From an uncultured Alphaproteobacteria bacterium (GTDB lineage Bacteria > Pseudomonadota > Alphaproteobacteria > Reyranellales > Reyranellaceae), in NCBI GenBank assembly GCA_963765385.1, contig CAVXWG010000009.1, positions 81,018 through 145,017 of the forward strand: 64,000 nt of DNA, read 5' to 3'. This document shows, piece after piece, positions 28,250 to 38,490 of this stretch. The position numbers and the translations under genes are program-made. Within the stretch, counting starts at the first letter, position 1; each line of letters begins with the position of its first letter. Below the pieces are notes generated by a model. That model was not told the DNA's origin. It worked only from the letters and a program-made list of their open reading frames with translations, and searched no databases.

Positions 28250-28982
28250 TCAGGCCGCGAGCTTCTTGCCCTCGGCTTGCGCCACGAACGTGCGATAGAC
28301 GCCGTCGAGATAGAGCCGGCGCATCATCGTCGCTTCCTTGACGAGGCGCACGCAGGTCGCGCGCTGCTGCGTCGGTGGTGGCGTACTTCTCGACGATCTC
28401 GAAGCCCTTCTCGCCATGCTCGGCGTCGGCCACGATATGGAGCGTGAAGAACGTCACCTCGTCCTCGGCGAAGCCGTATTTCTCGAGGAGCGGCGGCGTG
28501 GTCTTGCTGTAGATGCGCGGCACCTGGCTCTCGAGCCCGATCAGCAGTCCAGACAGCGCCTCGACGAAGGGCTTTGGCGCCTGCACGGCGCACCAGCTCT
28601 GCAGGCCGAGCGTCTCGGGCAGGAGCTCGCCCTTGGTCTGCGCGTTCAGGATCTCGGCGCGCTTCATGCCGCAGGTCTCGGCGAACTCGAGCAGCAGCTC
28701 GGAGTGGCGCACCGGGGCGAAATCGCCCGAGCCCACGAAGCCTTCCTCCTCGGTGATGTTCTCCAGCAGGAAATGCTGCACGTCCCAGTGCGGGCAGGCG
28801 GCGTAGACCGCGCCCAGCCATTCCGAGAAGTGGCTGACATAGTGGAAGTGCTGCTTCACCCATTCGCCCAGCAGGCGGCGGTCGAGCTTGCCCGAGGTCC
28901 AGGCCTCGCTCCACGGATGCACCGCCGAATGACGCTGTTCGATCGCTTCCTCGAGAGCCAGACGGAATGCACTTTTCGCCAC
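28250..28982 (-). CDS. TenA/PqqC/CADD-like heme-oxygenase-fold iron-containing redox enzyme, frameshifted near 28365
   Basis: HPW, ENITEEEG...RHSELL, GLESQVP, FFTLHIVADAEHG; GTG start after GAGGAGG. Confidence 0.85.
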
Positions 28983-29011
28983 GGCGAACCTCCTCTTGGT
29001 TGGACCATAAA

Positions 29012-29023
29012 ATTGTATACAAT
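29012..29023. promoter_or_regulatory. Putative GntR-family operator (perfect palindrome ATTGTATACAAT)
   Basis: AT-rich 12-bp palindrome in the divergent intergenic region, with a partial copy GTATACAA near 29079; fits the GT-N-AC GntR operator pattern. Confidence 0.6.
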
Positions 29024-29091
29024 CTCGCTTGGAGTTGTCAAATTTTGGGCCCGATTGGTGCTTACTTATTCCCGATCCGTATACAAAGAGC

Positions 29092-29904
29092 ATGAAACCC
29101 GAGGACTACACCCAAGGCGACGCCTTCCAGGCCGAAAAACGCACGCTGTTCTCGACGGAATGGCTACCGCTCTGTGCCGAAGGGCAAATTAACAGGGGCG
29201 GCGACTTCCTGTCGGCCACGGTGGGCGGCTGGGGTGTTTTCGGCGTGCGCGACAAGGAAGGCGCCGTGCGGGTGCTGCGCAACGCCTGCCGGCACCAGAA
29301 CATGCAGGTCGTTAGCACGCCCTCGGGCAACTGCGAGACCTTCCGCTGCCGCTTCCACGGCTGGACCTACGACCTGCAGGGCAAGTTCATGGGCGCGCCG
29401 CCGCCGGTCGCGCCCCAGGATCCAGGGTCGCCGGAGCTTCACCTGGCGTCGCTCGCCACCAGCATCGACTCGGGAATCGTCTTCTTCAGTCTCGCCACGT
29501 CCGCGCGGCCGCCCGACCTCGGCGGGTCGCTGCCGGCCTATGGCGGCACGCTCACGACGGAGATCGCCTGCAACTGGAAGGTCTGTGTCGAGCATCTGCT
29601 GGCGGAGCACATGCCGTCGCCGGATTTTGGCTGGCATTGGCCGCTGCTCGCGGTGCGCCGCGCCGGCGCGATGACGATCATGGAGCAGGTCGTGCCGCAC
29701 ACCTTCCTGCGCACGCGGCTTCTGACCCACGTGTTCGGCGGTTCGCTCGACGACCACAAGCAGCCCGCTGCCACGATCAAGCACGTCTGCGAACGTCTCC
29801 AGGCCGACCGCAACGACGGCAAGCCGGCCACCGAGGGCGCGTTGGTGGCAATATTCCACCGCCAGCTCGCCGAGGCCTACGCGCAGGACCGCGCAACGAC
29901 CTGA
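29092..29904 (+). CDS. Rieske [2Fe-2S] protein, aromatic-ring oxygenase alpha-like with a shortened C-terminal domain
   Basis: NACRH...CRFHGWTYDLQG, NWK. Confidence 0.85.
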   Translation: MKPEDYTQGDAFQAEKRTLFSTEWLPLCAEGQINRGGDFLSATVGGWGVFGVRDKEGAVRVLRNACRHQNMQVVSTPSGNCETFRCRFHGWTYDLQGKFMGAPPPVAPQDPGSPELHLASLATSIDSGIVFFSLATSARPPDLGGSLPAYGGTLTTEIACNWKVCVEHLLAEHMPSPDFGWHWPLLAVRRAGAMTIMEQVVPHTFLRTRLLTHVFGGSLDDHKQPAATIKHVCERLQADRNDGKPATEGALVAIFHRQLAEAYAQDRATT

Positions 29905-30042
29905 ACCTGCTGCTGTCCTTTCGAACGGCAGAAGAATTTTCGCTTCACATTACGTCCACTCATGTATCGCCGCACTTCTTCTCCATGGCGCGCGGCGCGG
30001 CCGCCTCCCAGCTTCGTTTGAAGTGTTCCGGAGGTCCAATCC

Positions 30043-30882
30043 ATGAGCTTGCAAGCCAGTGTCATCGCCAACCTGCCGTACGTCGAAGCCGACATGAACT
30101 ACCTCGCGCTGATGCTCGACCGGCCACGCAACTACACGTTCGAGCCGCCCGCCGGCGAGCCGCGCAGCAACGCCAACCACGAGGCGCACAGGGTGGCGAT
30201 ACACGATGCGCGCCCGGTTGCGGGTGCAGTGTCGCTCGACGCCAACGGCTTTGCCCTGGTGAACCACAAGAGCGTCGTGCGCGACTTCTTCGACGACGAA
30301 GAGGTGCGCCGCGTCTACTACCCGGAAGTCGAGCGCATCCTGAAGCAGGCGACCGGCGCCTACCGCGTCCATATCTTCGACCATACGGTGCGCCGTCGCG
30401 TCGAGGGCGCCCAGGATCGGAGCGACGCGCCGCGCCAGCCGGTGCAGCGCGTGCATATCGACCACACCGCGCGCTCCGGCCCGCAGAGGGTGCGTGACCT
30501 CCTGCCCGACGAGGCCGACGAATTGCTGAAGGGCCGCGTGCAGGTGATCAACGTCTGGCGTCCCATCAAGGGGCCGCTGCAGGATTCGCCGCTCGCCGTG
30601 TGCGATGCCACGACCATCCGCGACGACGACCTCGTACCCTCCGATCTCGTCTATCCCCATCGCGTCGGCGAGACCTACTCGGTGCGCTACAATCCCGCGC
30701 ACCAATGGTTCTACGTGCCACGCATGCAGCCCGACGAGGCGTTGCTGCTCAAGTGCTCCAATTCAGCGACCAGCGTGCCGGCCCGCTTCACGCCGCACAG
30801 CGCCTTCATCGATCCGACCACGCCGGCCGATGCGCCGCCGCGCGAAAGCATCGAGGTCCGGACGTTGGTGTTCCATCGGTAG
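30043..30882 (+). CDS. CmcJ/NvfI family oxidoreductase
   Basis: SLDANGFALV, YYPE, IFDHTVRR, VHIDHT, INVWRPI, PLAVCDA, TPHSAF, PRESIEVR. Confidence 0.88.
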   Translation: MSLQASVIANLPYVEADMNYLALMLDRPRNYTFEPPAGEPRSNANHEAHRVAIHDARPVAGAVSLDANGFALVNHKSVVRDFFDDEEVRRVYYPEVERILKQATGAYRVHIFDHTVRRRVEGAQDRSDAPRQPVQRVHIDHTARSGPQRVRDLLPDEADELLKGRVQVINVWRPIKGPLQDSPLAVCDATTIRDDDLVPSDLVYPHRVGETYSVRYNPAHQWFYVPRMQPDEALLLKCSNSATSVPARFTPHSAFIDPTTPADAPPRESIEVRTLVFHR

Positions 30883-30893
30883 CCAAACCATTG

Positions 30894-31035
30894 CCTCCCC
30901 AGCTTCGCTGGGGAGGTGGCCCATAGGGCCGGAGGGGTCATGAGCAACCGTGATGATGCTTATGACCCCTCCGTCCGCTTACGCGTCTATGAAGGCGCTC
31001 ACGCGGACACCTCCCCTCGTCTGAACGAGGGGAGG
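30894..31035. repeat. REPIN/MITE-like element, family A
   Basis: CCTCCCCAGCTTCGCTGGGGAGGTGG..GGAGGGGTCATGAGC ... GCTTATGACCCCTCC..CACCTCCCCTCG..CGAGGGGAGG. Confidence 0.85.
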
Positions 31036-31042
31036 AAAGAGC

Positions 31043-31597
31043 TCACACCGGCAGTTCGTGCCCGCGGCCGATGTTGCGGATGATCTCGCTGAGGTGGGGT
31101 TTCGCTTCCAGGAGCGCGCGCCGGTAGGCGATCAGTCCCCGCAGCATGGCGCCGTCGCGCTTCAGCAGGGTGTCGGCGAACTCGACCATGCGCGTGTTGG
31201 GCCAGCCGTGCTTGCGCAGCTCGAGCAGCTTCAGGAATGCGGCTTCCTCGTGGCCCGGCGCGTGCTGGCACATGAGGATGGCGGCGGCTGCAGTCGAGCG
31301 CGAGATGCCAGCGTGGCAATGCACCAGCACGTGGCTGCCGGGCTGGCCGTGCACGCGCTCGCCGAATTCCAGGACCGTGACGATGTGGGCGGGCGAACAG
31401 GCCTCGAATCCGGGATACTCGGCCACGACATCGTCGAAGCGGATCAGCTCGTGGTCGATCCCCGAATAGTCGTCGAGGGCGGTTGGCCGTGGCTCGTGGG
31501 TGTCGATGATCGACAGCACGTGGCTGACGCCGATCGAACAGTGCTGCGACAATTCGGGAATGCCGCAGATCGTGACCTTGTGCGTGGGGAGGGGCAT
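31043..31597 (-). CDS. Protein-tyrosine/dual-specificity phosphatase-like protein
   Basis: CX5R motif VHCHAGISRS; WPN. Confidence 0.88.
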   Translation of the reverse strand: MPLPTHKVTICGIPELSQHCSIGVSHVLSIIDTHEPRPTALDDYSGIDHELIRFDDVVAEYPGFEACSPAHIVTVLEFGERVHGQPGSHVLVHCHAGISRSTAAAAILMCQHAPGHEEAAFLKLLELRKHGWPNTRMVEFADTLLKRDGAMLRGLIAYRRALLEAKPHLSEIIRNIGRGHELPV

Positions 31598-31607
31598 GGG
31601 CAGCCTT

Positions 31608-32345
31608 CTAAAGCAAGCTGGAGGCCATGTGCAGCCCGACGGCGAACATGCCGAACAGGAAAATGCGCCGGAAGGTCTCGGGCGAGACCGCATGGCGGGC
31701 CTTCTGACCGAGCCAGACGCCCATGAAGGTGGGCACGATGGCGGCGATGGCGCCCACGAGGTTGGTCGAATTGAACGCGCCCTGAATCACCAGGGCCACG
31801 GTAAGCGCGCCGATGATGAACAGGAACATGATGCCCAGGGCCTGCACCAGATCGTGCCGGTCGATGTCGAGCGACTGCATGTAGGGCAGGAACGGCACGG
31901 CGGCGACGCCGGTAATGCCGGCCACCGCGCCGCTTGCCAATCCGATCAGCGGGTTGGCCCAGCGCTCGGTCGCGCGCGACACGGCCGGCCGCCAGGCGGT
32001 GAGCGCCAGCGCCGCGTAGAGCACCAGGATCACCCCGACCCAGGACATCGCCCGCTGCGAGCCGAGATGGCCGAAGGTCACCGCGACGAAGATCAAGGCC
32101 GCCACCGACGTGAGCGCCATCGTCCAGAAGCGGCGCAGCAGCTTCAGGAAATCCCGGCCGCAGATTGCCTGCCAGACGTTGGTCGCCATGCTCGGGATGA
32201 CCATGAGGGCGAGCGAGTCTTCGAGCGGCACCGCGAACGTCATCAGCGCCAGCGCGATCGGCGGCAGGCCCATCCCGATCGCGCCCTTGGCGACACCGGC
32301 GACGAGGAAGGCGCCGGTGATCACCAGCATTTGCGTAACGGTCAT
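31608..32345 (-). CDS. TSUP (TauE/SafE) family transporter
   Basis: AGVAKGAIGMG, multiple TM helices, GVWLGQKAR...FRRIF. Confidence 0.88.
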   Translation of the reverse strand: MTVTQMLVITGAFLVAGVAKGAIGMGLPPIALALMTFAVPLEDSLALMVIPSMATNVWQAICGRDFLKLLRRFWTMALTSVAALIFVAVTFGHLGSQRAMSWVGVILVLYAALALTAWRPAVSRATERWANPLIGLASGAVAGITGVAAVPFLPYMQSLDIDRHDLVQALGIMFLFIIGALTVALVIQGAFNSTNLVGAIAAIVPTFMGVWLGQKARHAVSPETFRRIFLFGMFAVGLHMASSLL

Positions 32346-32496
32346 TACTGAACTGTACTCAAGCCGCGTCGGGGAAGACCTGTTGCACGAAGCACGGATA
32401 GGCTTCACCGATCAGGCGCAGCCGGTCGTGGACGTGCGTCCCGCCCCCTTGTACCTGTGGTCATTCTGTGGCTGCGGCGGGCAGCCGGCAAGCCAA

Positions 32497-33465
32497 TCAG
32501 CCCGTCATGCCTTTCGCCAGTCGGTCGAAGGCCTCCCAGAACAGGGCGCGCAGGTCGTCGGTCTCCATCATGACCTCGTGCTTTGCGCCGGCGATGGTCA
32601 GGTGCTCGCCGCGCTTCAGGCGCGCCGCCACCGGCCCGTGCGTCCTGGAATCGATCAGCTGATCCTGGCCGGCGCTGATCAGAAGCAGCGGCAGCTCGAT
32701 GCGCTCCAGCATGCCCGGGGCCACCGCCGCCGTCATCGATCGCACCGCCTGCCGCGCCCAGCCAAGGGTCGGGCCGCCCAGGGTGAGACGCGGGTCGGCG
32801 GCGTACCAGTCCTCGGTGAAGCGGTAACGGCGCTCGTCGTGGGTCACGAAGTTGGAGTTGAATTCCCGGGCCAGCAGGAGGAAGGGGCCGGTGCCGAACA
32901 GGTAGCGCTCCTCGACCGCCGGGACCTCCGGCATCACCATGAGGACGGAGCGCAGCATGGCCTCGCGCCTGAGCCCGGTCATCGGCGACACCAGGACGCC
33001 CGCGGCGAACGGACCCGATCCGTTCTCAGCCAGCGCGCGCAGGACGATATGGGCGCCCATGGAATGGCAGAGCGCCAGGATCGGCCGGGGTGAGCCGGGC
33101 ACCACGATTTCATCCAGGAACGATTGGAGGTCGGCGATGTAGGTGGCGAAGCTGTCGATATGGCCTTTGTTGCGGTCGGCCAGCGGCCGGTCGGACAGGC
33201 CCTGGCCGCGCCAATCCATGGCGATCACGGCATAGCCGCGTCCCAACAGCTCGCCCACGACCTCGGTCGCGTACTTTTCGACGAACTCGCCGCGGCCGGT
33301 CAGGACGACGACGGTGCCGCGCGCAGTTCCCGGGACGTTCCAGCAGGCATAGCGCAGCCGCGCGCCGGCCCGCTCGAGGAACCCGTAGCGGTCGGCCGGA
33401 ACGTAGGTAGCGGCCAAATCGGGCGGCACGCCGGCCGGCGCCGCAGTCGGTTCCTGGTCAATCAT
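32497..33465 (-). CDS. Alpha/beta hydrolase, lysophospholipase L2-like
   Basis: GRGEFVEKY, DWRGQGLS, HSMGAH, AKHEVMME. Confidence 0.9.
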   Translation of the reverse strand: MIDQEPTAAPAGVPPDLAATYVPADRYGFLERAGARLRYACWNVPGTARGTVVVLTGRGEFVEKYATEVVGELLGRGYAVIAMDWRGQGLSDRPLADRNKGHIDSFATYIADLQSFLDEIVVPGSPRPILALCHSMGAHIVLRALAENGSGPFAAGVLVSPMTGLRREAMLRSVLMVMPEVPAVEERYLFGTGPFLLLAREFNSNFVTHDERRYRFTEDWYAADPRLTLGGPTLGWARQAVRSMTAAVAPGMLERIELPLLLISAGQDQLIDSRTHGPVAARLKRGEHLTIAGAKHEVMMETDDLRALFWEAFDRLAKGMTG

Positions 33466-33793
33466 CTCGTGCGGCGTTTTGGCGAACGGAACGGCCGGAC
33501 GCCAGCGGAGATTTGGGCATTTCGGCCATCATCGCTCGCTGTCTCTTTACCGTTCGTAGACGCACAGCTATATCATCGTTCGGTCGCCGCATCGTCTGCG
33601 AAGGGTCGCAGGCGAGGAAACCGGGCGCAAGGAAGCCTCCAAGAGGTCAGCCGCACTGCGTGGTTATCGGCTCGTCGGTTGAGTCGATCCGGCACGGTCC
33701 TTGCGTTGACGGTCATCGTCCGCAGGAGACATGCGACCGCGATCCCGACGTAAGCGTGTGCCACCGGCGGTTCGCCGGAGCGATCGCCCTTTC

Positions 33794-36588
33794 ATGATCC
33801 GCCAGAGTTTGGTTCTTCTGACCGTCGTCGCGACCACGATCCTGGGTTGGCGTCTGCTCGACAGCCAGATCGACGCCGCGAACGTCGAAGGACCGTTGCA
33901 CGGCGTCACCTACGCGCCATGGGCCAAGGACCAGGATCCGATCGAGGCCAAGGCGAGCGGCGTGTGGAGCTTCCTGCGCACCGCCTTCACCGACGCGCCG
34001 CCGCCCGTGGTCAAGCCGCGCAAGGAGCAGATCGAGCGCGACTTCGCCATGCTCGCCGGCAAGGTGAACTACGTCCGTACCTACCGCGCGGTGGATGGCG
34101 GCGACATCATGCCGGAGATCGCGGCGCGATACGGCCTGAAGCTGGTGCCCGGCGCCTGGATCTATAGTCCGAACGAGGCCAAGCAGCAGTTCGGCCGCGA
34201 GGCGAGCGAGGTCAACGCCGAGGAGACGCGCGCGCTGATCCGCATGGCCAACCAGAACCCCAACATCGAGCGCGTGCTGGTCGGCAACGAGAACATCCTG
34301 CGCTGGGACGGCCAGAAGGACCTGCGCGACCCCAACGCCACCAGCCCGGCCCAGCTCATCCGCGAGATCAGGAACGTCAAGCGCAACGTCAAGGTGCCGG
34401 TCAGCACCGCCGAACCGTGGCACGTCTGGCTGCATTATCCCGAACTGGCGCGCGAGGTCGACTATCTCGCCGTCCATATCCTGCCCTACTGGGACGAGAA
34501 GTCCGACGAAGCGCCGCTCGATTATCTCAAGAGCCGGATCGCCATGCTGAAGCAGGCATATCCGAACAAGAACATCATCGTCACCGAGATCGGCTGGCCC
34601 TCGAACGGCGCGGCGCGGCGCAGCCCGGGCAGCGGCGTGATCAAGTATGCGACGCCCGCCGACCAGGCCAAGAACATCCGCGACGCCGTGGCGTGGCTGC
34701 GCACCCAGAATATCGACCACTTCGTGGTCGAGGCGATCGACCAGCCATGGAAGTCGTACGACCTCGAAGGCAAGGCGGGCGGCTACTGGGGCCTGTGGAA
34801 CGCCGATCGACAACCCAAATTCGCCTGGACCGGTCCGATCGAGCGTTTCCCGCAATGGTGGTCCTGCGCGGCCTGGTCGGTGGCGGCGGCACTCCCCCTG
34901 ATGATGCTGTTCCTGTGGCGCTGGCCTGCGCTCGGCGCGGCGGGGCAGGTGGGCTTCTGCGGCCTGGTGGCGCTGTCGGTCAGCGCCGTGGTCTACGGCG
35001 CCTCGGTCGCCGCCGGCACCTACATGCTTCTCTCCGAGTCGGTGGGCTGGGCGGTGCTCGCCTTCTTCCTGGTGCTGAGCCTCGGCATGGCGCTGGCGCA
35101 GGCGCTCGAGATGGCCGAGACGATCTGGCGACGACGCTGGACGCGCGAGGCCTTGCCGGCCGCCGAGATGATCGCCCGCCAGCCGGCCGATCGAGTCTGG
35201 CCGAAAGTGTCGCTGCATCTGGCCATCTGCAACGAGCCGCCGGCGATGGTGATCCAGACCCTCGATTCGCTGGCCGCGCTCGACTACCCGCATTTCGAAG
35301 TCATCGTCATCGACAACAACACCAAGGATCCTGCGGTGTGGCGGCCGGTGCAGGACTATTGCGCCCAGCTCGGCGAGCGCTTCCGCTTCTTCCATTTCGA
35401 CGTCATGAAGGGCTTCAAGGCCGGCGCCCTAAATTACGTGCTGAGCCAGACGGCGCCCGACGCCCGGATCATCGGAGTGATCGACAGCGACTACATGGTC
35501 CGGCCCGACTGGCTGAAGGCGCTGGTGCCGTATTTCGACGACGGCAAGATCAGCTACGTGCAAGGCGCCGCAGGATCATCGCGACTGGACGCGGCGATCG
35601 CTTCAAGGAGATGCTGAACTGGGAGTATTCCGGCTTCTTCGACATCGGCATGTGCCTGCGCAACGAATACGACGCCATCATCCAGCACGGCACCATGACC
35701 TTGGTGCGCCGCGACCTGATGGAGGAGCTGGGCGGCTGGGCCACCTGGTGCATCACCGAGGATACCGAGCTCGGTCTGCGCCTGATGGAGCAGGGCTACG
35801 GCGCCATGTACAGCCGCGAGCGCTTTGGCCACGGGCTGACGCCCGACCATTTCGCCGGCTACAAGAAGCAGCGCTTCCGCTGGGCCTACGGCGCCATGCA
35901 GATCATGAAGGCGCATGCCGGCAAGATGTTCAGCAATACGACCAAGCTCACCTTCTGGCAGAAGTACCATTTCGTCGCGGGCTGGCTGCCGTGGTTCGCC
36001 GATGCGCTGAACCTGATCTTCACCTGGGCGGGGCTGGCGTGGCTCCTGGCGGTGATCCTGCCGCCGCAGTTCGGCATCAAGCCCGTCGGCCTGCCGCCGG
36101 CCGAGTTCATCCTGCCGACCATCGGCATCTTCGTCTTCAAGCTGCTCTATTCGTTCGGTCTCTATTTCGACCGCGTGCGCTGCACCTTCCGGCAGAGCGT
36201 CGGCGCCTCGCTGGCGGGCCTCGCGCTCACCTATACGGTGGGCCGCGCCGTGATCTACGGCCTGGCGACCAGCCGGTTGCCCTTCATGCGTACGCCCAAG
36301 ATGGACGAACGCGCCACGCTCGGCATGGCGCTCGGCATGGCGCGCGGCGAGGCCGTGCTGGCGGCTCTGCTGTGGCTGGGCGCCGCGGTGCTGTGGGTGA
36401 CCAACGGCCAACTCGACCCGGAGGCGCGGCTATGGTCGCTGTTTATGATCGTGCAGTCGCTGCCCTATGCGGCCGCCGTCTATGTCTCCATGGTGAACGC
36501 GCTCGAGCAGATGCGGCATGCCCGGACCGTCTTCGAGGCGGCCCCGGGGGCCCGGATGACCGGACCCGCGATGCAGCCTGCGCAGTAG
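33794..36588 (+). CDS. GH17 + GT2 beta-(1,3)-glucosyltransferase (NdvB-like glucan synthase), frameshifted near 35563
   Basis: GH17: VRTY, VLVGNE, VSTAEPW, HILPYW, TEIGWPS, EAIDQPWK. GT2: GFKAGALN, IDSD, QAPQD across the shift, ITEDTELG, QRFRWAYG. Confidence 0.9.
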
Positions 36589-36642
36589 AACACGGCGTTT
36601 TTTCCCTGTCGACACACAGCCGTCGTCTGTTAGCGTCCGCCC

Positions 36643-37242
36643 ATGCCCTCGGTTGAGTCTGCCGGCACGGCCCTTTTTTTGAAGCGCTGGTTGCGCCGCC
36701 CCTTGGCTATAGGCGCGGTGATACCGAGCGGGCGGCTACTTGCCGCGGCCATGGCGAGGACGACCAAGGCCGCGCTCGAAGGCCGGCCGGGTCACGTCGT
36801 GGAACTGGGTGCTGGCACGGGCGAGGTCACCAAGGCGCTTCTGGCCGCCGGCATCGCACCCGAGCGGCTCGCGCTGATCGAACGTGACCCCGAGCTGGCG
36901 ATTTTCCTGCGCCGTCATTTTCCCGGGCCGCGCATCATCGAAGGCGACGCCTCGCGTCTGCTGCGGCTGCTCGCCGACCATGGCATCACTTCCGTCGCCA
37001 CCGTGGTGTCGAGCCTGCCGTTGCTGACGATGCCGGCCGGCATCGTGAACGGCATCGTCGGCGGCGCGTTCGAGGCGCTGCCGCGCGGGGCTGCCTTCGT
37101 GCAGTTCACCTATGGTCCGGCGCCGCCCGTGCCGCGCATCTTGCGCGAGCGCCTCCATCTCGACGGCGTGCACGGCAAGCGGATCTGGCGCAACGTCCCG
37201 CCGGCCGTCGTCTGGACATTCAGAAGGCCGCCCGCGGCGTGA
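36643..37242 (+). CDS. Phospholipid N-methyltransferase-like (PmtA family)
   Basis: IGAVIPSG, VVELGAGTG, VVSSLPLL, FVQFTY, RNVPPA. Confidence 0.85.
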   Translation: MPSVESAGTALFLKRWLRRPLAIGAVIPSGRLLAAAMARTTKAALEGRPGHVVELGAGTGEVTKALLAAGIAPERLALIERDPELAIFLRRHFPGPRIIEGDASRLLRLLADHGITSVATVVSSLPLLTMPAGIVNGIVGGAFEALPRGAAFVQFTYGPAPPVPRILRERLHLDGVHGKRIWRNVPPAVVWTFRRPPAA

Positions 37243-37868
37243 CCTCCTTTCGGTTCGACGACGCTTTGCGCGCCATCATCACAAATCATCTCGGTCGCTT
37301 CGAGCGGCGTCGTCGCGTCGACGCCGGCGGCCTGAAGCGCGCGGCGGTGGCTGTCGTCATGGTCGAAGCAGACCTGCCGGGCGAGGCGGCCTTCCTGCTC
37401 ACCAAGCGGACGCCGAAGCTCAGGGCGCACGGCGGCCAATGGGCGCTGCCGGGCGGCCGGGTCGATGCCGGCGAGACCATCGAGCAGACGGCGTTGCGCG
37501 AGCTGCAGGAGGAGCTGGGCGTGCTGGCCTCCACCGACGACATCCTGGGCACGCTCGACGACTATCCGACACGCTCGGGCTATTTGATCGCGCCGGTGGT
37601 GGTGTGGTCGCCCGGCGTTACGGTGACGCCCAATCCGGCGGAGGTCGCGGCCGCCTACCGCATCGGCTGCGGCGAGCTGTTCCGCGAGGGCTCGCCCGAG
37701 ATCATCGCCATCGAGGAATCGGACCGCCCGATCATCCGCCTGCCGCTGCCCGTCGCCAACGTCAACGCGCCCACGGCGGCGGTGCTCTATCAGTTCCGCG
37801 AAGTGGCACTGGCCGGCCGCGACACACGCGTCGACCATTTCGAGCAGCCGGTCTTCGCCTGGCGTTAG
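37239..37868 (+). CDS. NUDIX hydrolase, CoA pyrophosphatase-like
   Basis: LRAHGGQWALPGGRVD...ALRELQEELG, PNPAEV. Confidence 0.9.
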   Translation: MTSFRFDDALRAIITNHLGRFERRRRVDAGGLKRAAVAVVMVEADLPGEAAFLLTKRTPKLRAHGGQWALPGGRVDAGETIEQTALRELQEELGVLASTDDILGTLDDYPTRSGYLIAPVVVWSPGVTVTPNPAEVAAAYRIGCGELFREGSPEIIAIEESDRPIIRLPLPVANVNAPTAAVLYQFREVALAGRDTRVDHFEQPVFAWR

Positions 37869-37876
37869 GAGACCAA

Positions 37877-37984
37877 CTTCATCCTGAGGAGCTCGCCGAA
37901 GGCGTGCGTCTCGAAGGATGGGCAACGGTCGTGATGTATCCATCCTTCGAGACGGCGCGCTACGCGCGGCTCCTCAGGATGAGG
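37877..37984. repeat. REPIN-like element, family B
   Basis: TCATCCTGAGGAG..GTCTCGAAGGATGG ... CCATCCTTCGAGACG..CTCCTCAGGATGAGG. Confidence 0.88.
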
Positions 37985-38013
37985 TCGTCTGTGGATCTGC
38001 GGTCCGCTTGGGC

Positions 38014-38490
38014 CTAAGACCGTGCGCTGCGGTTGGCGACCAGCACCGGGCGGCGCTTCAGGAACACCGTGGTTTCCTGCTCCATTACCTGCTCGCCGCG
38101 CTGGTTGATCGTGACCTGGCGGATGCGGGCGATGCCGCGGTCGGGCTTGGAGGCGGAGAGCCTGAGTTCGACGATGTCGGTCACCACGCGCAGCGTGTCG
38201 CCCGGGCGCACCGGCCGTGGGAACTGCACTTCGCCGATGCCCGGCGAGCCGAGACTGGCGGCGCGGAACACGCCCATCTCGAGCCACAGCTTCAGGGTGA
38301 CCGCCATGGTGTGCAGGCCCGACGCGATCAGACCGCCGAAGGTCCACTTGGTGGCGAACTCGACGTCGGTGTGGAACGGTTGCGGATCCCATTGCCGGGC
38401 GAACTCGATGATGCCGGCCTCGGTCATGGTCATGCCGCCGCTCACGAAACGGTCGCTGACTTTGAAGTCTTCGTAATAGTGATCGGTCAC
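38014..38490 (-). CDS. MaoC family dehydratase
   Basis: YEDF, DPQPFHTD, FGGLIASGLHT, PVRPGDTL. Confidence 0.92.
   Translation of the reverse strand: MTDHYYEDFKVSDRFVSGGMTMTEAGIIEFARQWDPQPFHTDVEFATKWTFGGLIASGLHTMAVTLKLWLEMGVFRAASLGSPGIGEVQFPRPVRPGDTLRVVTDIVELRLSASKPDRGIARIRQVTINQRGEQVMEQETTVFLKRRPVLVANRSARS

Noticed and set aside
27084-29093. 669-aa HDO-GntR fusion ORF
   Set aside because: The read-through crosses the GlcG gene out of frame; an artefact of indels near 28365 and 27597
33794-36588. GH17-GT2 fusion as a novelty
   Set aside because: This is the established NdvB-type architecture
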